A stretch of DNA of 63,887 nucleotides, filler included, from Sphacelaria rigidula (lineage: Eukaryota): the NCBI GenBank assembly GCA_964200075.2. It is 8 parts of 8 records of this genome, joined end to end, with 100 filler letters (N's around TTAATTAATTAA, not from the genome) between each part and the next. Parts side by side here need not be neighbours in the genome. Positions count along the whole stretch, not along the records: positions 24,002 to 31,899 come from CAXNAA020013056.1; positions 32,000 to 39,897 come from CAXNAA020013057.1; 6 more parts are not named here. The stretch is one strand, 5' to 3'. Of this stretch, positions 25,835 through 35,349 are shown one piece after another. Each line of letters begins with the position of its first letter. Position 1 is the stretch's first letter. Below the pieces are notes generated by a model that was not told the origin of the DNA, did no database searches, and saw nothing but the letters and a program-made list of their open reading frames with translations. The position numbers were made by a program, and so were the translations under genes.

Positions 25835-26890
25835 CCTCTCGAACCTCTGGAAAGAAACCCCCTGACCAACCGATGCCACAAGAAGGGATCGGTGCCCCGC
25901 AAGAAAAAACCCGCTGTACCCCGAACAAGCAGCAGGCTCAAGAAGGCAGCGACTCGCTCACGGCCGAGTGTGTGGTGCGAGCTGTCGCAACTCCAGGCTC
26001 GTCGTCTGATTCTCAAGGTGGGCCTTGGTCGCGATCTCGTGCCTCGAGACCTGCCCACCGCGAAAAACCCCAACAGGCTGTGTGAAACGCTGACGAGCAT
26101 GCTCAAAGCTCCATGTGTCAGAGGCTGTAAGGCTACGAAATTCATCTCCGAGGGATCGTTCGGCCACGTCTTCCGCGCGCTGAGAAATGATGGCACCAGA
26201 GCAGTAATCAAAGTCAGATTGGTTCCGCGAAGGAAATAAAGGGCGAAGCCGCTGCTCAAAAGAATTACCACGGTAAGGGTCTTGCCCCCAAGATACTAGG
26301 GTAAAAAACCGACTGAGAAAATTGGCACACGAGCGACTGAACGACCTTGAATACGATGATGACGACATAGAGTATCACCCCCGGGGCCATTCGGTCCACA
26401 TCATCGTGATGGAGGAGATTGCTGGCGTTATCGGTGACTGGCTACATCCCCTAAAGTCAAAAGAACAGCTCGGACAGCTTACGTTCAACATTTTTTATCT
26501 ATTGGATTCTTTCAGAAGGCACAAACTGACACTTGCCGATCTACACATGTGGAACTTGGGGTACGTGTACACCGACGCGTCGAAGAAACATCTGAAGCTG
26601 ATGCCGATTGATTTTGGGAGGTCTAGCAAAGGAAAGCTTACACGGAGTTGGAGGTTGGCTGCCTCTCGCGCTTCCTTGGCAAAATATTTCACGTGAAAGG
26701 AGAGGGGACGGATAAGCACGTCCCAGACTTCAACCGGCGGGTGGTGGCCAATCTTGCTCGCACGCTTGCCGAGATGAAATACGGCATTTCGTTTCCAAGA
26801 TCTTTCAGCGAGGCGGAAGACAGGTTTTGCAAACAGTTGGGAAAATACACGAAAAACATGGTTTCTGGTAGTTTTAGCTTTCTTACTCTC
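25835..26890 (+). pseudogene. Intronless Ser/Thr protein kinase pseudogene, virus-like
   Basis: ISEGSFGHVF (Gly loop), AVIK, GLAPKI, IIVMEE, LADLHMWN (catalytic loop), IDFG; stop at 26237-26239 and at least two frameshifts; N-terminal ERNPLTNRCHKK. Confidence 0.85.
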
Positions 26891-27059
26891 AGGGACATAC
26901 TAGGCAAATCGAGCGTGTCTAATTTCAGCAGTTCTTACGTGCGTCCCGCGGGACGTGCAGCAACATTTTCCCCGAGAGATCGGGGCCCACATGGCGCGTT
27001 TGGGTTCCCGAGAGATATTTCTAAAAACCCTCGGCGTCCTGGTGTGTGATGGAAGTATA

Positions 27060-27261
27060 CAGTACCGGCCCTATCATAAGAAACCAGAAATCGGGCCCAG
27101 CCTGACTTTCTTATGTTAGGTCGACGGTGGAGGCAAACACTTTCTTATGTAATGTATAGGATTTGGTGTGGCACTCGTCGCCCAGCCTGGGCACTTTCTT
27201 AATTTTTGAAAAATCTCAGCCTCACTTTCTTGTAGGCAGCTTTCTTAAGAGCAGGCCGGTG
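27060..27261. mobile_element. TA-flanked MITE (Tc1/mariner-like)
   Basis: Imperfect TIR CA..CCGGCC....TAAGAAA at both ends; TA on each side; internal ACTTTCTT repeats. Confidence 0.6.
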
Positions 27262-27453
27262 TAATTAACTTAATCATTTTTGGTCATCTCTCAACGCGAA
27301 ATCCAGGCGACACAATAAAATTGCCACAACCGGGCCGCGTCGTCCCGGCTTGTCACAAAACATGGTTCAATGCAATCATGAAATAAATTCAATGACACCG
27401 CGTGTCCAAGTCAAAAGCAGATGCCAACCACCGACCACAGTTAAAAAAAACAA

Positions 27454-30400
27454 TCACATATTCTGGCTGTCGCGCACGCACTCTACTTTCTTGCAACCCT
27501 TGCAAAACCAATAGGACCACTCGCTTCTCCCCTCCTGCTTCTGCCTCCCAACCATATCCCTGACCATTTTCTCTTTCTTTCTTATGGGAAACAGTTCGTA
27601 GAACTGCAGCACATCGCTACGACTGGAATCGTCCTCCCCAACGTGCGCCACCATGTACTCTCTGACCTGATCCTTACACAATCCACCAAACGTGGAAACA
27701 TGGTACATGCAGTTCTCCAATGTGCGTCGCGGATATGACTTACCCGGAACCAACTTCATCTCGACAACCTTCTCGTTGAAAAGCGCATTCATCCGCAGCA
27801 AGAGAGGCATAAGGTCGACCGCAAATGTGCCCCTCTTCATCCGCTTTCTTGGGGGCTGGTTGGCCTCGTCTATGCTCTCGACACCCTTACACGACGCATC
27901 TCCCTTGTCACAAGAGGGTTGGACAGAAGGGCGCTTGTCACCTACCACCGAACCCGACCCCGCGCTCGCACTAAGCCCATGCTTTCGTTCAATCTCTTGC
28001 CTTCCGACTTGCATTTTGACTATTTTGAACTTAAGTTCCTCTTTCCCAAGTTGCTTCTGAAGCTCTTTCGTCTCATCGTCTCCTCGAATGTTTTGAAATG
28101 AGATTCTTCTGCTCTGCATCAAAATCTCTCGATTCTGTGCAAGTATCTCACGCATCAGCTTTTCTACAACACCGTCAGTCGGCTCGGGTTTGTTCCCGTC
28201 GAACAAAGAATCACCAATCCACGTGTTCAGAGCGTCGTGCTGCTGGTCACGTATCGCATCCTTGTCCCTCAAACATGAACGGTTGTTCAGCTCCTGCGCA
28301 CTAATGATACCAGATATCTGCCTACTGAAGGAACTGGGATCATCATTCACGTTGTCACTTTTTGCCAAGTTGTACGCTTTTCTCATCTCGTACTCCACGT
28401 GCCTAGCCAGCGCAAAGTGGTTCAACACCCTGTCATCCGATTGAGGGATTCCCAGCGTATAACAGACCGTCATAACGGTCGTGACATGGGTCGTACGGAG
28501 GGTATTCGGCCCGAACGCGGGTAAGCCCAAAGTATACTTCCCCACGTGGAGATACATGCTGCGCAGCTGACCGTCGTTGTAGTTTTTTCCGTACTTGATG
28601 AATGGAGCTGCCTTGTCACCATGCTCGGCAAACTGTAAAACCCTCGCTTGCCTACGACGGCGATTTCTCACCCTATCCTCCTGGTCAGCCTTCTCTGAAT
28701 CTCTGGGTGCGTAAAGTTGAACCTCTTTATCGGCTCTGCTGAGAGAGTCGCTCGCGGCAGCAAGGTCTCCACGTGCGTCGTCTTCGCTGAACTCATCTGA
28801 ATCTATTGCCTTCGAGAGTCGGCCCTCTGCATCTCTCTGTTTCTCACGCGCCAGCTGTTGTTCGGCACACACCGCTTTGTAGTTTTCTCGGAGGTGCATT
28901 GTCATCAACCGTCGCCCGATCACGAGCATCACCGCAAACGGACCTGTGAATTGAAATGGACAAATCGATCGAGTGGCACGCGCTACCACTAACAACACCA
29001 TCGGTCGGAAAAAAGCAAGCGCAAATGAGACGACAATACTCGTGACAATACTTGCAAATACAATACCCAATTTTCTAGCACCATCACAAAAAAAAGACCT
29101 ACCTGTCGTCCGCTCATCCTTTGCGTGGTTCACCACCATCCCAATTACGCTCTTGACCAGGGTCCTGGAGTTTTTTCCGACCGGTGGGAGGACAAACACC
29201 AATCGGCCATTCTTCACGTACGCCTTGCACGCCAGACACCCTAGCGAATCTTGAGGCCGAAGGCAAGCTGACGTGAGCGAGTCGAGGATGTGGAGGGCGC
29301 AGCTGAACCGCTCCAGGTCTTCGGTGGAAACCCCCGCCTCCGCCAAAACGCCGACCACCTCCTCGATCTGCTCCTCGTACTTCTCGGGATACAGGTGCCT
29401 CTCGTCATCGCGCTTCCCGATGGTAGCCCCCCCGCCGTCGTGAAGCACGTCCAAGCACATCTTGATCACTTCCTTCCGCCGAACGGCGACCCCGATTTTG
29501 GCCATGATGAGCTTGATGCTATTCTCGTCCACCAAGTCGGCCAAAAACTTGCATTTGTCTTTCCAGTCCTCGATACTGAAAGTTCGGCCTTTGTTCACCT
29601 TGCTCCCGTTTCCCAGCCGAGATAGGCTGTTCTCATGCGCGTTGGCCTCATTCCTCTTGTCGGACGCCACCGGATCATAGGCATCGAAGATGCTCTTGAG
29701 AACACGCAGGTCCTGATCCTTCGTCGAACTGATTTCCACCGCGCTCTTGTAAAACGGTCGGTGTCGTCGCGTCTGGGAGACCCTGGTCGTGTTTTCGGTC
29801 GTAGGTTGGATGTCACCCAGGTGCTCGGGACGGGTGAATTCGATCTGTCTGTAAAGCGGACAGTGTGCCCACCACTTGAAGCAATCCGAAACACCGTGAC
29901 CAGTCGACACCCTGGCCCTGGACAAAAGCAACCGTGTACCTAGTCCACACTTGGAAGCGTCCTCGGGGCTGGTGGTGCAGATCGTCTGCTTCGTCTCGCA
30001 GTTTGGCAAATCCACTTCCTCCGAAAGCTCATCGACCGCTCCCCCCGCCGAAAGCTTGTCGGTCGTTACCCCCGCCGTAAGAGGAGCGATGCACGACTCA
30101 ACGCTGGTAGGACGCCCCAGCTTCCACGACGACTGGGCTCCACGAACAAAGTGGTTGACAAATGTCATGTGGCGGTCGTGAAATCGGTACCCGTTTGTGA
30201 CGAAGCCGGTGGTATTCGTCGCACGATACCGACCCAATCCCAGCGTCATGAAAAGCGACCCATCGCGACGCGCTTCCTCCAACAATCCTCCTCCCGATTT
30301 TTTACCGAGAATTGATTCCTCATACTCGGTCATCCTGTCAGCCAGCGACACCGCCTGAATGCCCTTCCATGCGTCCATGCGGAGGCTCAGTGTCTTCTTG

Positions 30401-30999
30401 CAGACTTCCTTGGCAAGGGTTACCGCGTCACGCCTTCTCTTGATCTTGCGATCATCATCGATAACGTACTCCTGAACTTGAACGTTGACTATGCACAAAA
30501 CACCGCGAAGAAACAAGACAACTCGTGCGTCGTCATCCTTCGGAGAACTAACGCCCTGGTTCCCCCCGTACCGCTCAGCCCCGCAAAGGACATCGCGCGT
30601 GCTGTAGACCGACGTTCCACCACAGCCCTTCCACTGGATCTCAAACCCGTTGTACCCAGTGTCCTCGTCCACAAAAAATCTCGTAACCTCACCCGTCTTC
30701 TTTCTATGGACGTCTCGCACCAAAGTTCTCTTCTGGCCTGGGCGACTCCTGCCCCTCCCCCCCTGGCCCATAACCTTGATGCCGTACAGCCTGTAGTCGA
30801 ATTTCTCAAGCTTTTCCACGACGTCACTGGAATCCCGGCCGGTCGGGTCACCCAAAGCCTTCTCGATGTGCAAGTATGTCAAAGATCTCGTGTCCTGTTT
30901 TGTGCGAGCCTTCTTGATTACCGCCAACATCGCTCGGGCCGTTTGGAACTGGTCGCTCAGACGCTTCAACACGTTCGATACGGCGTCTTTTCCACGGCG
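27454..30999 (-). CDS. Large tyrosine-recombinase-like protein (main exon, ~1180 codons)
   Basis: Uninterrupted 3.5-kb frame starting at AG acceptor 31001-31000; ordered candidate catalytic motifs ACLRPQD (R ~29258), HAKD (K ~29120), PNTLRTTHVT (NxxR ~28496), LARH (H ~28400), RKAYN (Y ~28373). Confidence 0.7.
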   Translation of the reverse strand, partial: RRGKDAVSNVLKRLSDQFQTARAMLAVIKKARTKQDTRSLTYLHIEKALGDPTGRDSSDVVEKLEKFDYRLYGIKVMGQGGRGRSRPGQKRTLVRDVHRKKTGEVTRFFVDEDTGYNGFEIQWKGCGGTSVYSTRDVLCGAERYGGNQGVSSPKDDDARVVLFLRGVLCIVNVQVQEYVIDDDRKIKRRRDAVTLAKEVCKKTLSLRMDAWKGIQAVSLADRMTEYEESILGKKSGGGLLEEARRDGSLFMTLGLGRYRATNTTGFVTNGYRFHDRHMTFVNHFVRGAQSSWKLGRPTSVESCIAPLTAGVTTDKLSAGGAVDELSEEVDLPNCETKQTICTTSPEDASKCGLGTRLLLSRARVSTGHGVSDCFKWWAHCPLYRQIEFTRPEHLGDIQPTTENTTRVSQTRRHRPFYKSAVEISSTKDQDLRVLKSIFDAYDPVASDKRNEANAHENSLSRLGNGSKVNKGRTFSIEDWKDKCKFLADLVDENSIKLIMAKIGVAVRRKEVIKMCLDVLHDGGGATIGKRDDERHLYPEKYEEQIEEVVGVLAEAGVSTEDLERFSCALHILDSLTSACLRPQDSLGCLACKAYVKNGRLVFVLPPVGKNSRTLVKSVIGMVVNHAKDERTTGRSFFCDGARKLGIVFASIVTSIVVSFALAFFRPMVLLVVARATRSICPFQFTGPFAVMLVIGRRLMTMHLRENYKAVCAEQQLAREKQRDAEGRLSKAIDSDEFSEDDARGDLAAASDSLSRADKEVQLYAPRDSEKADQEDRVRNRRRRQARVLQFAEHGDKAAPFIKYGKNYNDGQLRSMYLHVGKYTLGLPAFGPNTLRTTHVTTVMTVCYTLGIPQSDDRVLNHFALARHVEYEMRKAYNLAKSDNVNDDPSSFSRQISGIISAQELNNRSCLRDKDAIRDQQHDALNTWIGDSLFDGNKPEPTDGVVEKLMREILAQNREILMQSRRISFQNIRGDDETKELQKQLGKEELKFKIVKMQVGRQEIERKHGLSASAGSGSVVGDKRPSVQPSCDKGDASCKGVESIDEANQPPRKRMKRGTFAVDLMPLLLRMNALFNEKVVEMKLVPGKSYPRRTLENCMYHVSTFGGLCKDQVREYMVAHVGEDDSSRSDVLQFYELFPIRKKEKMVRDMVGRQKQEGRSEWSYWFCKGCKKVECVRDSQNM

Positions 31000-31049
31000 C
31001 TATATTAAGGAGGAATGCTTGTGGGTCGGATTAGGTTCACAGAGCTCAC

Positions 31050-31329
31050 TTGTTTCGTGAGCCACGCCACTCCGCTTCCGCTGCTTCACCGCCTTCCGAA
31101 CCTGCCCATCGGTATCCTCAGAGACCGAAGGCGACGACGGCTGGTTGCGGCCCGAAACAACGACATCCGTGGCATCCTCCTCCTCCTCCTCTCCCTCATC
31201 CACATCCGCCGCATCCCCCGCGTCACAGATGAATCCCCCCTCGACACCGCCAAAGTCAGGAAGTGTTTCGGTATCCTCCTGGTTGGAAACCGGGGCCCGA
31301 CCGGTCGCCACACACTCGCTACAGAACCA
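31050..31329 (-). CDS. Upstream exon of the recombinase-like gene: end of PHD finger plus acidic tract
   Basis: CAG|WFCSEC...DEGEEEEED...|GTGAG; length 280 nt, so one base too long to join the main exon in frame (frameshift or sequence error). Confidence 0.65.
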
Positions 31330-31463
31330 CTGTTACCAGCAAAAACGTGTGCGCGCAAAGAGAAAGAGAGGGCTGTCAAAAGGAGGCGAATTCATCCGCG
31401 CACATGTTACCCTACCTCTTGTGTCCTACAAACAAATCTTACCATGATCTTCTAAATACTCAC

Positions 31464-31810
31464 ATCTCCATCGGGAACGCCTTGGAGAGGGGGGTCGCAG
31501 CACCCAACTTGGCTGGCGCCCGAGCAATCGGCACCATCGCACAAAATGATGAGGTCTCCATCCGAGCGATGATCCACCTCTCAACATTTCCAACACGCCC
31601 GGTCGCTCTCTTCCGGCTGCCTCTCCCTCTCTGCTGCTTCCTCCTCCTCTCTCTGCTCCTGTTCCAGCTGCTCCTCGCCAAATATGCGCTCCGCCTCTTC
31701 CCGCTCCGCCTGGTCATCCTTCTTCCACTTTGCGAGGTACGCATCGTCCCACCCTTCTAGTCCATTTTTGATGTTGGCCAGTTTCTCTGCCTCTTTCCCC
31801 ACCCAATGTG
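31464..31810 (-). pseudogene. PHD-finger exon (damaged)
   Basis: ACWKC*EVDHRSDGDLIILCDGADCSGASQVGCCDPPLQGVPDGD|GTGAG splices in frame to WFCSEC; one in-frame TGA and Gln at the expected His position; 5' side cut by a MITE. Confidence 0.75.
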
Positions 31811-31899
31811 GAGTCATCCTACGATAGGGGGGGGGGGGTATTTTGGGCCATCTGTTGCTCGAAATTTCGAGTCAGATCGCCGTTGAAAGCAGCAACGGT
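31811..31899. mobile_element. MITE terminus (family of 21442-21707), contig-truncated
   Basis: GAGTCATCCTACGATA(G)nTATTTTGGGCC aligns to the reverse complement of 21620-21707. Confidence 0.75.
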
Positions 31900-31999
31900 N
31901 NNNNNNNNNNNNNNNNNNNNNNNNNNNNNNNNNNNNNNNNNNNTTAATTAATTAANNNNNNNNNNNNNNNNNNNNNNNNNNNNNNNNNNNNNNNNNNNN
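31900..31999. other. Artificial contig spacer
   Basis: N44-TTAATTAATTAA-N44. Confidence 0.98.
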
Positions 32000-32062
32000 T
32001 TGAACCCACGACCGAACTGCCAGAAGGTTTCGAGGTTACCAACTGAGCCACCGGGGCGACCA
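32000..32062 (-). mobile_element. Head of the (CA)n-tailed tRNA-derived SINE
   Basis: Matches 51358-51420. Confidence 0.7.
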
Positions 32063-33973
32063 GTAGTAATGGTCCTATCTGTATCGCACATTCCCACACT
32101 TACATGCACAGTGCGGTGTTCTGTGCGGCTATTTCGCCTGTACCATACGGAATCTCCGCCGCCCCCTTTGTGCATGCATATCTTCAATGTGCACAGCCAT
32201 GTGCTGCAGCTGCGTATACAGTACTGTATGAACCCCTTGCACATCGATAGTGGGCGTACTTTACTATTACTGTACCGTACATCGCACGCGCTTCCTGTAC
32301 TGTTCTGCGTGCAGCTGCCATACCCTGGGCAAAACAATACACAGTCAAAAAGTGTACTGCGTACAGTATCGCCTATTGCAACAGACGATACATTCCATAC
32401 TGTACGCAGTACATTCTTTTACAACATAAATCTATTGTTGAGGGGTGTGGCAGCTGTACTCAATGTATGTACCCGTTACACCTAGCGGCAGCGTGCTTGG
32501 CGGCAGACGCCTTGACAAAACGCCGTTTTCCACAAAACTGTCGTCTCTCCTAACACAGTCTGCCTTTCTTGACAGGACGAGGCGGGAAAGGCACCTCCCT
32601 CGAAAACAATTCCCTGTCTCGGCGGACTTCTATCCCAGACAAAAGCCGGATGAAAAGATGGAACCGGAAAAACTCAACGGAGATACAGGAGCAAAAACAA
32701 ATATTGTATTTTTGTTTCCCGAACTTCCAACTCCCTCTTACCGTCAGGGTATGTAGGTAATCAGTCGGATCGACATCATGTTTACGCATTTTTTCAAGTT
32801 TTGCCAGTCTCAATCGTACAAAATAATCGAATTTGACTCGACTTTAGGTTCCCAGACACCTGCCATTTGGGGTTAGTGAATCTTTATACAAATAACTTGA
32901 AGTTTGTACAGACCAGGCAGTTACTTGGAGTAACTACTGCCAGTGCAAATGATAATTTGCTTTGGCTACATATTATCAAGTGAAAATGATGCCCATTCAA
33001 CAGATTGCATCTTACTGTGGCAATCAAAAGGGTTGTGAAGCAGTTGCCAGACAGGCAGTCACTAATTGTGCCCGTGCAGGTTCCACATATCTGTGGACCT
33101 CCAAAGATAGTTGTAAGAGACATAACGATAACCACGGACCGACTCAACAACAAAAAAATCAATCCTGACTTCGCTGCCCCCACCATCCTTGGCCGATTTC
33201 TCTGCGCAAGGACTGTAGAGGAGCAAAACAAGGTTCGGCGCAAATGCGTAAGGCAAGAGTAAGCACGATAGATCCCACACGGCACCACATCGTAAAAGCG
33301 CTGATCACAGGGATGGCAACCCTGGGGTGAAATTGAGTGCACAAATCTAAAGGCTAACTCACAGCTCGGACGGGCGCCGGGATCAGCTCTTGTTAAGATA
33401 TCACAATAATCATTGAGCTACCTAGTCAGCTCGCTAGTAGCACAGCGGATATTGTGATGTAGCACGCACCTATCATTGGCTCGTCGTCGATTATACAAAG
33501 TGGTGCCTTCGTGTCATTGTGGAATCATCCCACCAACCCAACCTAACCCAACCCGACCCGACCCGATCCTAATCGCAACCCCACAAAAACACAGAGATCA
33601 TGCACTTCTCGAGCAACCGAGGGTCTACACCAGAGACATCTCACAGTGCGAAGAAAACTGCAAGAATGTGTCGGGTAGGATATATATCGGGGAATTTACT
33701 CTCCCGAACTTTGTGTCGAGATGGTACGATCTCCAAATTCTACCCCAAGGTAGGTAAGACCGCAGTACTCTCCCCAATATCTGGGTATTATTGAGTACGA
33801 TCTCAATTCTTCACTCAAGTCGCGGGTGCCCACAGTACGATTTTTCGTAACGAATACAAGTATAGGGAATACCTCAGCACCCTTGGGAAACGGTGCCTGC
33901 GGGCGAACAGGGCTCAGACGCGTCACCACAAATGTCAACTTCGGGGTCCCACAGGTGCAACCCAGTACGAACC

Positions 33974-34113
33974 TGGTCGGAGAGAAGCGCGAGGATGGCC
34001 GGGAAGACCACCGTGCCGGCGGAGGCCATCAACAGACCGGACACCACCACTGGGGTCCCGAAACGGCTGTACTTGTCTTGTTCCGTACCCCCGGGGCTAC
34101 GGCGATGAGAGCC
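33974..34113 (-). CDS. Isolated exon, possibly of an MFS-type membrane transporter
   Basis: GC-rich block bounded by AAG| and CAG|GTTCG; VVVSGLLMASAGTVVFPAILALLSDQ; partner exons not identified. Confidence 0.35.
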
Positions 34114-35059
34114 TTTTGTTTGAGCGGTGATAACAGGAGGGCGAGGGAAACAAATAGAGAGCGTGGTATGAGAAAACAAACGGACGAAAAAGGCGAAACA
34201 TGAGAGATACAAAAAATGAGCGTGTGACACAAAATACGAGCGAGACGAGCAGCTGGAATATATATATACTCCTTATATATTCAAAAACCCAGGTGCATGG
34301 AGAGGGAGTAACCCAACTGGCGATAAACTTGGCCTGCATTCACAGAACTGTGAACGGAGATGTATTAACGAATGCAAGCATAGGCTAGCTACATGTGTGT
34401 TTTTGGTTTGCAGGGGCACCAAGTTGCTGAGATTCACCTCTGATTGTGTTGGGTTGTGTGAACGCGCAGTAGTTTCTACCGCTTGCTAATCTACGCGCAT
34501 TCGTTCCATCTGTAGCCCTTACAGCCTTGGCTGTCTCGTCTGTGCATTTTAGGTTAGGCTTGTGTGCATGTACAGTCACCCCTCGGGTGGTTGGGAGTGG
34601 TTGGAACCCGGACACAAGAGTGTATTATTGTACACAACCAATGAGTTTTTTCCGATGCAGTCACGGCTGGGTGCCGAGGGCAACGTGAAACGGAGAGCAC
34701 CGTGTACAGGCTAGGTGGCGGTGACTGCATGATGTGAAGGACGCGTAGAGCGCAGGGTGCCGTCAGTAATGTGACATGGAAAGCACCGTGTACAGTGTAG
34801 ATGGTGATTCGTGACGCTAACAAAAACACAGTCGTATCGATAGACTCCAGAATACGGGGTTCTCCGATTCCTTGGGTACACAAGCAACTTGACCGTTACG
34901 CTCTGCCCATACCTCGGCCTGATTGTGCGGGGTGATCGAGACGAGCGCCTCCATGGAGCGAGTTGAAGATATTTTTCCGAAAATGGTCACTTTTTGCTTT
35001 AATAAAGCATGGGAAAACCGGATATGAATGTACTGGTCAGAGAATGGGATGGAAAGACA

Positions 35060-35226
35060 TTCACGCTACTGATACAATTGATGATCGATGAATATTCAGG
35101 TAGCTCATGAGCTGTCAGTCCGGCGTGTGCAACATTGTAACAAACAAAAAGAGCACCAAGTTTGAGTCCCTGTGCGATGCTGTGCTCTCTTCTTGTGGAT
35201 ATGTGCTCCTGCAAGAATCGAACAGG
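35060..35226 (+). pseudogene. piggyBac transposase remnant
   Basis: TID..SM and K..KFESLCDA....GYV resemble the piggyBac IDESM / LCDA..GY block; frameshifted. Confidence 0.45.
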
Positions 35227-35230
35227 TTAA

Positions 35231-35349
35231 CCCTTTTGGAACCCACTGACGATTTTGTTTTTGTGAATCGGAATCCTTTTGACTTGAAAAAATGGCTGAA
35301 AATGATGCCGATTCACAAAAAGAGAGATCGTCAATGGGCTCCACAAGGG
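35231..35349. mobile_element. piggyBac-type MITE
   Basis: TTAA on both sides; TIR CCCTT(T/G)TGGA(A/G)CCCA(C/T)TGACGAT; related copy at 54171-54253. Confidence 0.85.

Noticed and set aside
30590-30680. Chromodomain-like FEIQWKG in the recombinase N-terminus
   Set aside because: Only the central motif resembles a chromodomain; the flanking aromatic-cage residues are not evident without a profile search.
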